This document shows positions 25,296-37,635 of a stretch of DNA of 64,000 nucleotides, in pieces; positions within the stretch are counted from its first letter, which is position 1, and every line of letters begins with the position of its first letter. The translations under genes were made by a program, and so were the position numbers. The stretch comes from Leucoraja erinacea (Eukaryota). The notes beneath the pieces were generated by a model, which searched no databases, had not been told where the DNA came from, and worked only from the letters and a program-made list of their open reading frames with translations. The stretch spans positions 17,794,001 through 17,858,000 of the forward strand of contig NC_073410.1 in the NCBI RefSeq assembly GCF_028641065.1. Direction: 5' to 3'.

Positions 25296-25951
25296 CTGTG
25301 AATCGCAGCAGCTTGCTGGCACTGCCACCATTTTACAAACGCAAGCTCAAGCTCCCCCACCCTCCGCTCTCTCCCCGGCTAGTGACGTGTTGTTCGCAAT
25401 GGTCTGCACCAATCGCTGACAAGGTCCAGGACAAATCCTGTCCATGGAGACGTCATGTCCGCTTGGCGGCTTTTCGGCGTCAAGCCTGTTCTGTGCCTTG
25501 TCTTTGCGGCGTGGTGTCCGTTCGGGTTCGTGTTCTCACGTTCACCCTCCCATTCTCTCTCTCCTCTATCTCACCGTCACCTCTCTCTCCCCCTATCTCT
25601 CCCGCCTCTTACTCATTTCTCTCTCTCACTCTCCGTTCCTCTTCCTCCCTCGCTCTCTCTCCCCTTTCCGCCCCTTCACTCTCTCTCCCCCTCTCTCCCA
25701 AACACTCTCTCTCTCTCTTCACTCTCTCTCCCCCTCACTCCCACACTGTCTCCCTCTCTCCACACTCTATCGCTCTCTCCCCGCCACAATTACTCTCAAT
25801 CTCCCCCTTTCCCTCTCTCTCTGCCTCCCACTCTCCCTCTTTGCCCTCTCTTTACACTCTTTCCGTCTCTATCCCTCTCCCGCTACCCGTCTCTCTTTCC
25901 CCCCGCCCACTCTCTTCCCCTCACTGACTCCACCTCTCCCCACTCTTTATC

Positions 25952-28900
25952 CTGTGGACCCGTGGAGCTGGAGAACGCCACCTGACGCGTGGAGCTGGAG
26001 AACACCACCCGACCCGTGGAGCTGGAGACCGCCAACGGACCCGTGGAGCTGGAGAACGCCACCCGACCCGTGGAGCTGGAGACCGCCACCCGACCCGTGG
26101 AGCTGGAGAACGCCAGGTAAACCCCGGGGCTGGAGTCCATCAGCAGAGCCGCGGGGCTGAAGACCGCCTGCGGAGTAACGCAGACGCGGAGCAACGGAGC
26201 GGCAGAACACCAGCGCGCACCAAGCCAGCTCGGCCCACCAGAAGCACCAACAGACAGCGACGCGTACGAAAACACCGCCGGGGACGCAGAGGTGGGTTAA
26301 AGGCCAGGTTAGAGCTAGCCCCACACAGGGTAGCGATTCCTAGCCTTTTCCTCGCCAACGTGCGCACACTGGCAAACAAAATGGATGAACTCCGGCTAAG
26401 GATCACCTCCCACAACTGGATCAAGGACTGCAACATCCTGATCTTCACGGAAACTTGGGTCAACGCTGACGTTCCTGACAGCGCCATCCAGCTATCGGGG
26501 CGTCATTTACTCCGAGCGGACATGACATCAGACTCTGGTAAGACCAGAGGTGGGGGGCAGTGCATTTATGTAAACAAAGCATGGTGCACGGACTCCACCA
26601 TCATCGAGAGTCACTGCTCAGCTAACCTTGAGTTCCTCTTGGTTAGATGCAGACCGTTCTATCTGCCAAGAGAGTTCACCTCCACTGTTGTGACTGCAGC
26701 CTATATCCCTCCTGATGCTAATGCCAAGCTTGAAATGAAAGAACTACATACTGCCATTAGCAAACAACAGACGCACAACCCGGAGGCAACCTTCATTGTT
26801 GCGGGTGACTTCAATCACTCCAACCCGAAGTCTGTACTCCCCGAATTCCACCAACATGTATCCTTCCCCACTAGAATAGACAAGACACTGGGCAAAGGCT
26901 ACACCAATATGGCTGAAGCTTACAAAGCCACCCCCCTCCCCCACCTTGGACAGTCTGATCACGTCTCATTGTTCCTGCTCCTTAAGTACTCCCCACTCAT
27001 CAGACGGGTTAAACCAACTGTAAGGACAGTTAAAGTCTGGTCAGAGGAAGCGGACTTCACACTTCAGCAGTGTTTTGGAAACACTGACTGGAAGGCGTTT
27101 GCGCCCAGGCCACCCTTGACTCCCACACGGACATTGATTCCTACACATCCTCTGTTCTGGACTTTATAAACTCCACCATCAATAGTGTCACCTCCCTCAA
27201 ACAGGTGACCATATTCCCGAATCAGAAGCCATGGATGAACAGCGAGGTCAGGCTACTGCTGAAAGCACGGGACACCGCTTTAAGGTCAGGCGATGCTCGA
27301 GACTACAGTTCATCCAGGGCTAACCTGAAGAGGGGCATCAGGAAGGCCAAGCACTGCCATAAGCTCAGGATTGAGGAGCACTTCAACAACAACTCCGACC
27401 GCCGACGCATGTGGCAAGGCGTCCAGGCCATCACGGACTTCAGACCCTCCAACACCACCCCCACATCCAGCGACGCCTCCTTCCTTGAGGAGCTTAATCA
27501 CTTCTATGGCCGCTTCGACAGGGACAATCTAGAGACAGCCATCAAGGCTGTGCTACCTGCTGATCACCAACCCCTCACACTCACCCCCTACGACGTGTAC
27601 GTGGCACTGAGTAGGACTAATGCACGTAAAGCTGCTGGCCCTGACGGCATCCCCGGGCGCGTGCTCAGGGCCTGTGCTGCGCAGCTGACAGACGTCTGGA
27701 CTGACATCTTCAACCTGTCACTTGCCCAAGCAGTTGTCCCCACTTGCCTTAAAACCACCTCCATCGTGCCAGTGCCAAAACACTCCACTGCGGCAAGCCT
27801 CAACGACTTCCGCCCAGTTCCACTTACCCCCATCATCATCAAGTGCTTCGAGAGGCTGGTCCTGGCACACCACAAAAGCTGCCTACCCCCCACACTGGAT
27901 CCCTATCAGTTTGCCTACCGCAAGAACAGGAGTACGGAGGATGCCATCTCAACGGCACTTCACTCCGCCCTCTCCCACCTCGACAACAGAGACACTTACG
28001 TAAGAATGCTGTTCATCGATTACAGCTCAGCATTCAACACCATTATACCATCAAAACTGATCACCAAACTCGGTAACCTGGGCATCGACCCCTCCCTCTG
28101 CAACTGGATACTGGACTTTCTAACCAAAAGACCCAAGTCTGTGAGGTTAGACAAGCACACCTCTTCAACCCTCACCCTGAACACCGGCGTTCCACAGGGC
28201 TGTGTGCTGAGCCCCCTCCTCTACTCCCTCTTCACCTATGACTGCACACCTGTACATGGTACTAACACCATCATCAAGTATGCAGATGATACAACGGTGA
28301 TTGGCCTCATCAGCAACAACGATGAGCTGGCCTACAGGGAGGAGGTCCAGCACTTAGCAGCATGGTGCGCTGACAACAACCTGGCCCTTAACTCCAAGAA
28401 GACCAAGGAGCTCATTGTAGACTTCAGGAAGTCCAGAGGCGGCACGCACACCCCCATCCACATTAACGGGACGGAGGTGGAACGTGTTTCTAGCTTCATG
28501 TTCCTGGGAGTCAACATCTCCGATGACCTCTCTTGGACCCACAATACCTCTACTCTGATCAAGAAGGCTCATCAGCGTCTCTTCTTCCTGAGGAGACTGA
28601 AGAAGGTCCATCTGTCTCCTCAGATCCTGGTGAACTTCTACCGCTGCACCATCGAGAGCATCCTTACCAACTGCATCACAGTATGGTATGGCAACTGCTC
28701 TTTCTCCGACCGGAAGGCATTGCAGAGGGTGGTGAAAATTGCCCAACGCATCACCGGTTCCTCGCTCCCCTCCATTGAGTCTGTCCAAAGCAAGCGCTGT
28801 CTGCGGAGGGCGCTCAGCATCGCCAAGGACTGCTCTCACCCCAACCATGGACTGTTTACCCCTCCTACCATCCGGGAGGCGCTACAGGTCTCTCCGTTGC

Positions 28901-29125
28901 CGAACCAGCAGGTCGAAGAACAGCTTCTTTCCGGCGGCTGTCACCCTACTCAACAACGTACCTCGGTGACTGCCAATCACCACCCCCCCCCCTCGGACAC
29001 TTATTATTATTTATTCAAATCGTTTGCTATGTCGTTCTTCCAGGGTGATGCTAAATGCATTTCGTTGTCTCTGTACTGTACACTGACAATGATAATTAAA
29101 ATTTAAACTGAATCTGAATCTGAAT
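25952..29125 (+). mobile_element. Rex1/Babar-type LINE, near full length
   Basis: APE: PSLFLANVR..FTETW..GGG.CIYVN..AYIPP..AGDFNH..SDH. RT: GPDGIP..FIDYSSAFNTI..GVPQGCVLSP..KYADD. (CTGAAT)n tail at about 29108-29124. Frameshifts near 27100 and 28865. Confidence 0.92.
25957..26115 (+). repeat. 27-bp tandem repeat x6 at the Rex1 5' end
   Basis: GACCCGTGGAGCTGGAGA(A/C)CGCCACCC-type units at 25957, 25984, 26011, 26038, 26065 and 26092. Confidence 0.92.
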
Positions 29126-29349
29126 CCCTCCCTCTCTCCATCTCTTCCCCCTCTCCCCCTTTCCTTCTCTCTCCCCTCCCTCACTCTCTCCCTCTTCTCT
29201 CACCCTCTCTCTACCCTCTCTATCTATGATCTCCCTCTCTCTCCGTCCGCCTTCTCACTCTGAATCTCTCTCTCCTTCCCCCGATCTCCCCCACTCTCCG
29301 CCCGCCCCCTGACTCTCACTCTCTCCCTCTCCCTTTCCCTCTCCCGTTG

Positions 29350-31225
29350 TGACCTCACTAAGGCCCTGTACAACTACAGAAGGATACCTTTGCTCCTATT
29401 CTCAACTACTCCCGTTATGAAGGAAACTATCTCATTAGATGTCTTCATTGCCCGCTGTTCCTGCATGCTTACTTCAGAGAGAAGAACAAGTACCCCCAGA
29501 TCCCGTTCTATAGATGGATTTTCGGGTAGGAATCCTTCTTCGGGCAGGTAATAGGGGTGGGGGGATTTTTGGAGTGGGGGTTGGGGCTGTTGGCGAGAAA
29601 AGACCAGAACAAATCAGGACCAGCTACAGGTTACCTCAGGAAAGGCGATGCCCATAATGTCCCCCATGTTGACTGGAACAAGCAGCGTCTATTGAGAACA
29701 TGGATAGATGGCATTTTACGGAGTGTAGGAGTAACTCAGCGGGTGAAGCGGATATTTCTGAATAGGTGACGTTTTATATAGTGCTGGAGAAACTCAGCAG
29801 GTCAGGTCCCCTGCTGTGTCTGGTGTATATTAATGATTTGGATGTGAAGGCATTATTAGTAAGTTTGCAAATGGCACTATCGTGGTGGCATTGTAAATAG
29901 CGAAGCTGAGAAATGATGAATGGAATTTAATGCAGGGTCGTGTAAGGAGTTGTACCTTAGGAGATCACAAGAGTACAGGACCTTCACATTGAATGGCAGG
30001 GCTCTGCTGGATGTTGTGAAGCCGAGGCTTTTAGGAGTGCAGGTACGTAGTTCCCTCAAAGTGGCATCACGGGAGAATAGGGCATGTTGTAGAGCCGCGG
30101 GAACTAGGAGTGCAGGCACAAAGTTCCCTGAAAACGGCGTCAGAGGTAGACAGAGTTGTCAGAAAGGCTTTTGGCTCTTTGCCCTTCATCGGCCAGAGTA
30201 TTGAGTATAGATGATGGGCGGTCATGAAACAGTTGCGCAAGATGTCGACCGCACCTTTAGTTTTATTTTTAGTTTTGATCGCCCTGTTATAGGATGGATG
30301 TCGTTGAATGAATTAGTGAATATAAATGAATATGAATGAAGCTCAGTGATGAGGACAGTGTGTTGCCCTTTTTTGTGTTTCAAAAAAGCCTTAAATGTAA
30401 AATATATAAGGATTATAATGTAAAATGATTAAAATGTAAAATAAGTAAAAATTACAATTTAGAATTTTTTTTCTTTCATTTGTAATGCTGATATTCTGGG
30501 TTATCTTATGGATTCTATAGGATAGGCAAAAATAAGTTTTGTGGCTTCAGCCTATACCCTTTTCGGCCATTAATTATATGAACGTTGGGTGAAATGGATA
30601 CAGTGTAGGTTCATATTCACACAGATTGTATAGTGTTGTTCTTTTTAATGTATGGATGAAATAAACTATTTATTCATTCATTCATTCAAAGGAGAAAATA
30701 ATGATAGGAACCTGACGGGCAACTTTTTCAGACAGAGGGTGGTTGTTGTACGGAACAAGGTGTCACGTGAGGTATTTGACGCAGTTACTGTAACAACATT
30801 TGAGAGGCATATGGACAGGTACAGTGATGGGAAACCATTGGAGGTACTGTATTTGGGAAGAGTATAGCTGCGGCACAAAATACGGAGTGACTCAGACAGA
30901 CCACGTCTCTGGAGAGGAGGAATGGGTGACATTTCTGGTGAAGACCCTTCTTCTGACTGAGAATCAGGGGAGAGGGAGAATAGAGGTAGTTGCACTAAAC
31001 GTTATTCATTTTACCCCATCTATAAACTGTGGAAAGCTTGATTGTAATCAAGTATAGTCTTTTCGCTGACAACAGCTGGCAACCAAAAACAAAAGCTTTT
31101 ATCTGTACCTCAGTACGCGCGATAATTATAAAGTACTGTGACAGTGCTGGAGGCTACATGTTGCTGTATAGGACATTATGGTCGGCATGGATAGGTTGGG
31201 ATGAAGGGCATCTTTCCATGCTGTG
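29350..31225. mobile_element. Old, fragmented CR1-like remnants
   Basis: Degenerate motifs such as MEFNAG.C..L, RNL.GNFF.QRVV and TFERHMDRY. Confidence 0.6.
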
Positions 31226-32928
31226 ACAATGAGTATTTCTGCCTGTCACCCCCTTTCTGTATCAATTGATCTGAATTTCCACTGATCTGGGCTTTCACCC
31301 GCTTCGCGCTCCAATTCCTCTCACCCTTTCTGTCTTTGTTGGATGAACAGCGCGGTTACAGGCATTTCTGCCCGCCCAGTACGAGCGGACCACAATATTC
31401 ACCCTCAAGAATACTGGCACTGTGAAGTAGGATCATCCATTCCTTATATCCAGAGATGCTGCCTGTCCCGCTCAGTTACTCCAGCATTTTGTGCCTAACC
31501 CGTTTACACAAGTTCCTAGTGTTTAAGAGGGAACTGCAGATGCTGGAGAATCGAAGGTTACACAAAAAAGCTGGAGAAACTCGCTGAGTTTCTCCAGCTT
31601 TTTTGTGTAACCTACACAAGTTCCTATCCGTTCTTGCCGAATAGGGACACCCGCATGTCTTTGGAACGAGGGTGGAAACCGNNNNNNNNNNNNNNNNNNN
31701 NNNNNNNNNNNNNNNNNNNNNNNNNNNNNNNNNNNNNNNNNNNNNNNNNNNNNNNNNNNNNNNNNNNNNNNNNNNNNNNNNNNNNNNNNNNNNNNNNNNN
31801 NNNNNNNNNNNNNNNNNNNNNNNNNNNNNNNNNNNNNNNNNNNNNNNNNNNNNNNNNNNNNNNNNNNNNNNNNNNNNNNNNNNNNNNNNNNNNNNNNNNN
31901 NNNNNNNNNNNNNNNNNNNNNNNNNNNNGGGAGAGATGGAGTAAGTGAGAAGGGAGAGAAATGATTAAACATATAAATCAATAACAAACCAAGATCTAGA
32001 TGAAGGGAAACGAACTGATATGGGTAGAGAGAGGGGAGCAGATGGTGAGAGGGGGGAGATGAGGGGGATGGGACGAGAGGGGGAGATACAGAGAAGATAT
32101 AGAGAAGATGGGAAATAAATGAGGGCAAATATCACTGTCGGTTGAACACAGACGTTGATAGAGGTGGGAAGGACGGGATGGAGAATATAAGGATTAATAA
32201 ACTTAGATATATGTGGGTGGTAAGCTGCCCAAACAAAACATAACATTCTGTTCTTTCAATTTGCGTTTAGCCTCACTCTGATAGAGCACGAGGCTCAGGA
32301 AGGAACTATCAGTGTGGGAGTTGGAAAGGGTGATAAAATGTTTCATAACCGGGAGTTCGTGTTGGACAGTGCGGATTTTTTTGTTGCACGTCATACGTGC
32401 TTATACTCGTGCCGTCCAAAGTGTACTGATGCATGATAAAGGGAATGACGTTTAATGCAAGTAAAGTCCCTTTAAAGTCCAGTGAAGTCCCTTTGAACGA
32501 TATGCCGTCTGTCTTCGGTGATGCACCTCCGAGCTCAGGACTGCTATTGTTGTTGGTACGATGGTTCAGTTGCCTGATCACAACAGGGATGAAACTGTCT
32601 CTGAATCTGGAAGTATGCCTTTTCACACTTCTGTCTCTCTTCCCTGATGGATGAGGGGAAGAAAAGGAAGTGAGACTGGCCGTTGGTTATGCTGGCAGGA
32701 AAAGTATCGATTAATTTAGTTCAGAGATCCAACTTCGGCCCAGCGAGTCTGCGGTGACCAGCGATCCCCGCACCTGACACACTAGGAACGATTTAGTATT
32801 TTATCAAACCAATTCGCCTACAAACTTGTTTTATTTGGTTTACATTAGTTTAGTTGTGTTTAGTTTCATTTCATGTTGATTAGATTAGTCCGCAAAAGAC
32901 TACAATCAATTCATCCAGAGTGGACCCA

Positions 32929-35900
32929 TCTATCTATCTATCTTTATATATATAACTCAAATCAGTCCGCCTGCCGCCGTACGGCGTCCGCCGCGTTTCT
33001 TCCTTTGACGCTCCGCAACTCCGAAACCGGACGCAGGATCGCCGACGTCTTTTCCATTTCGGTAGAGATTTCGCTTTTCTTTCTAAGTATCCGCTCCTCG
33101 TTACATTTCGTCGTGTTTAAGTACGCTTTTTTAATCAAATCCTACACCCCCCCCCCCCCCCCCCCCCACCACCTCAATATTTCAAAAAAAAAAACTGGAT
33201 TCTCATCCACACAAGCAGCTCCCTGTGAACGTTCCATCGTGTGATGTCACAATGCCCGATGCTCACAGATGGCCAATCGGAATGGATTCATTTACATATG
33301 CCTTTGCAGGAGCCACAGCCCCGGTGAACGTTCCATTGTGTGATGTCACAATGCCCAAGGCTCAAATACATTGTTGCCATATTGGGAGTACAGAGAATAG
33401 GCTGTGGGCCGAGGAGCTTTATTCAGCAGTTTCGTGACCCAAGTCACCAAACTACATGAAATTGTCACATATTGTGTAAAAATATTTATATAAATCACAC
33501 CTGAAACTCGATATGAATAAGACTTGCACATTTTTATTCAATTAGAGAAAACCGGAAAAATGTCGGGAGTACAGAGACGGTTCTCCAGACTGATTCCTGG
33601 GATGTCAGGACTTTCATATGAAGAAAGACTGGATAGACTCGGCTTGTACACGCTAGAATTTAGAAGATTGAGGGGGGATCTTATAGAAAATTCTTAAGGG
33701 TTGTACAGGCTAGATGCAGGAAGATTGTTCCCGATGTTGGGGAAGTCCAGAACAAGGGATCACAGTTTAAGGGTAAGGGGGAAATCTTTTAGGACCGAGA
33801 TGAGGAAAACATTTTTCACACAAAGAATGGTGAATCCCTGGAATTCTGTGCCATGGAAGGTAGTTGAGGCCAGTTCATTGGCTATATTTAAGAGGGAGTT
33901 AGATGTGGCCCGTGTGGCTAAAGGGATCAGGGGGTATGGAGAGAAGGCAGGTACAGGATACTGAGTTGGATGATCAGCCATGATCATATTGCATGGTGGT
34001 GCGGGCTCAAAGGTCCGAATGGCCTACTCCTGCACTTAATTTCTATGTTTCGCTCTCCCCACCCCTCTCCCTCTCCCACCCATCTCTCTCTCCCCCACCC
34101 CCCTTCCCTCGCTACCCCTCTTTCACCACTCCCCCTACCCCTCCCTCCCCACTCTTCCACTTCTATCCCCTTACCCCACGCCTCTCCCACCCCCACCCCT
34201 CTCTCTTCCCCTCCCTTCCCCTCTCTCCCCCACCCCATCCCCTACCCCTCTGTCCCTCTTCCACCACTCCCCGTCCCTCTTTCTACCACTCCCCGCTACC
34301 CCTCTACCCCTCCCTCCCTCCCCACTCTTTCACTTCTCTCCCACTCTTTCACTTCTCTCCCACTGTCTCCTGCTGCCCCTCCTCCTCACCCCTCCCCTCC
34401 CCATCCTTCTCTCTCCCACCCCCATTCCCTGTCTACCCCACCCCCTTCCCTCTCTCCCCCCACCCCCTTCCCCCTATCCCTCTGCCCCTCTTCCATCACT
34501 CCCGCTACCCCTCTCCACCTCCCTCCCCACTCTTCCACTTCTCTCTCCCTTCCCCTCACTCTCCCTCCCGACTCTCCCCCCCCCCCCCCCCACCACCTCA
34601 ATATTTCAAAAAGAAACTGGATTCTCACCCACACAAGCAGCACCCTGTGAACGTTCCATCGTGTGATGTCACAATGCCCGATGCTCACAGATGGCCAATC
34701 GGATTGGATTCATTTACATATGCCTTTGCAGGAGCCCAGCCCATGGTGAACATTCCATCGTGTGATGTCACAATGCCCAATGCTCAAATACATTGTTGCC
34801 ATAGAGAACGCTCAGCGATTATTCAAATTCTTCACTAACTGTCATTTCTGATTTGCTTGTGAAGTGAAAAGCCCTGAATTGCATTTGTCTGATGCAGGAA
34901 GATTGTTCCAGATGTTGGGGAAGTCCAGGACACGCGGGACACAGTTTAAGGATAAAGGGGAAATCCTTTAGTACTGAGATGAGGGAAACATTTTTCACAC
35001 AGATAGTGGCGAGTCTCTGGAACTCTCTGCCACAGAAGGTAGTGGAGGCCAGTTCATTGGCTATATTTAAGAGGGAGTTAGATGTGGCCCTTGTGGCTAA
35101 AGGGATCAGGGGGTATGGAGAGGGGGGGAGCTGTGAGGGGGATGCTAGGAGACTGCAAGGTGACTTGGATAGGCTGGGTGAGTGGGCAAATGTTTGGCAG
35201 ATGCAGTATAATGTGGATAAATGTGATGTTATCCATTTTGGTGGCAAAAACGGGAAAGCAGACTATTGTCTAAATGGTGGCCGATTGGGAAAGGGGGAGA
35301 TGCAGCGAGACCTGGGTGCCATGGTACACCAGTCATTGAAAGCAGGCATGCAGGTGCAGCAGGCAGTGAAGAAAGCGAATGGTATGTTAGCTTTCATTGC
35401 AAAAGGATTTGAGTATAGGAGCAGGGAGGTTCTACTGCAGTTGTACAGGGTCTTGGTGAGACCACACCTGGAGTATTGCGTACAGTTTTGGTCTCCAAAT
35501 CTGAGGAAGGACATTATTGCCATAGAGGGAGTGCAGAGACGGTTCACCAGACTGATTCCTGGGGATGTCAAGACTGTCTTATGAAGAAAGACTGGATAGA
35601 CTTGGTTTATACTCTCTAGAATTTAGGAGACTGAGAGGGGATCTTATAGAAACTTACAAAATTCTTAAGGGGTTGGACAGGCTAGATGTAGGAAGATTGT
35701 TCCCGATGTTGGGGAAGTCCAGGACAAGGGGTCACAGCTTAAGGATAAGGGGGAAATCTTTTGTGACCGAGATGAGAAGAACTTTTTTCACACAGAGAAA
35801 TGGTGAATCTCTGGAACTCTCTGCTGCACAGAGGGTAGTTGAGGCCAGTTCATTGGCTATATTTAAGAGGGAGTTAGATGTGGCCCTTGTGGCTAAGGGG

Positions 35901-37555
35901 ATCAGGGGGTATGGAGAGAAGGCAGGTACGGGATACTGAGTTGGATGATCAGCCATGATCATATTGAATGGCGGTGCAGGCTCGAAGGGCCGAATGGCCT
36001 ACTCCTGCACCTAATTTCTATGTTTTTCTATGTTTCTATCAGCCGTGATCATATTGAATGGAGAATGGTGCAGGCTCGAAGGGCCGAATGGCCTACTACT
36101 GTACTTAATTTCTATGTTTCTATGTGTCCCTCTCCTCACCCCTCTCCCTCTGCCACCCATCTCTCTCTCCCACCCCCCTTCCCTCTCTACCACCACCCCC
36201 ACCCTCTCTACCACCACCCCCTTCCCCCTACCCCTCTCTGTCCCTCTTATACCACTCCCGCTACCCCTCTATCCCTCCCCCTCCCTTTCCCCCCCACTCT
36301 TCCACTTCTCTCCCACTCTCTCCCCCCCCACTCCTCACCCCTCTCCCATCCCTCTCTCCCCCACCCCCTTCCCTCTCTACCACACCCCTACCTTCTCTCC
36401 CCCCACATCCTTCCCCTATCCCTCTGTCCCTCTTCCATCACTCCCGCTACCCCTCTCCTCCTCCCTCCCCACTCTTTCCCCTCTTTCCCCCCACCCCTCC
36501 TCCCCATCCCCCCCCCTCCCCCAAAGCTCTCTCCCCATCCCTCACCCCCCTACCCCGCTCTCCTTTCCCTCCCAAATCTATCCCGTTTCCTCCTCCTCCC
36601 TCCCCTCTTCTCACTCCCCCCCGCAAACGCCGTTTGGGAAACAGACCATAGAGGGAGTACAGAGAAGATTCAACAGACTGATTCCTGGGATGTCAGGACT
36701 TTCAAATGAAGAAAGACTGGATAGACTTGGCTTGTACTCGCTAGATTTTAGAAGATTGAGGGGGGATCTTATAGAAACTTACAAAATTCTTAAGGGGTTG
36801 GACAGGCTAGATGCAGGTAGATTGTTCCAGATGTTGGGGAAGTCCAGAACAGGGGGTCACAGTTTAAGGATAAGGGGGAAATCCTTTATGACCGAGATGA
36901 GAAAAAAAAATTTTCACACAGAGAGTGGTGAATCTCTGGAATTCTCTGCCACAGAGGGTAGTTGAGGCCAGTTCATTGGCTATATTTAAGAGGGAGTTAG
37001 ATGTGGCCCTTGTGGCTAAAGGGATCAGGGGGTATGGAGAGCAGGCAGGTACAGGATACTGAGTTGGATGATCATCCTTGATCATATTGAATGGTGGTGC
37101 AGGCTCGAAGGGCCGAATGGCCTACTACTGCACTTAATTTCTATGTTTCCCTCTCCTCACCCCTCTCCTCTCCTCACCCCTCTCCCTCACCCCTCTCCCT
37201 CTCTTCCTCACCCCCCTTCCCTCTCTACCCCACCCCCTTCCCTCTCTCCACCCACCCCTTTCCCCTACCCCTCTCCTCCTCCCTCGCACTCCCCACTCTT
37301 TACCGTATTTCTCCCACCCTCTCCCCCCCTCCACCCCTCCCTCCCCATCCCCCCCTCCCCCACATCTCTCTTTTCCCATCCCCCTCTCTCACCCCCCTAC
37401 CCCGCTCTCCTTTCCCTCCCAAATCTGTCATGTTTTCCTCTCCTCCTCCCTCCTCTCCCCTCCCTCCCCCCTTCTCACCCACCCCCCCCCCCCCCCCCCC
37501 CCCACTGTGTGAGTTTGGGGGGTGGTTAATTTGAGTGTGATGCCGCAGCCCCTCC

Positions 37556-37587
<32 letters not shown>

Positions 37588-37634
37588 CAAACGCTGTTGG
37601 GGAAACAGATCCAACGGGTCTGCACTTGGTCTAG
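32929..37634 (+). mobile_element. Non-autonomous Helitron-like element with internal CR1 fragments
   Basis: Begins TC directly after A at 32928; paralogous empty sites read GGACCCA|TAA. Ends with hairpin CAGATCC-AAC-GGGTCTG (37606-37622), then CTAG (37631-37634), then T. No target duplication. Confidence 0.65.
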
Positions 37635-37635
37635 T

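Noticed and set aside
25957-26115. 27-bp and 78-bp repeats as CRISPR arrays
   Set aside because: No unique spacers, eukaryotic context, and both are attached to LINE 5' ends.
31225-31260. TATTTCTGC (YFC) as a V remnant
   Set aside because: No other V framework and no RSS.
6789-31425. Isolated heptamers (6789, about 21716, about 31417) as D or J RSS
   Set aside because: No proper nonamer and no adjacent FGxGT or D-like segment.
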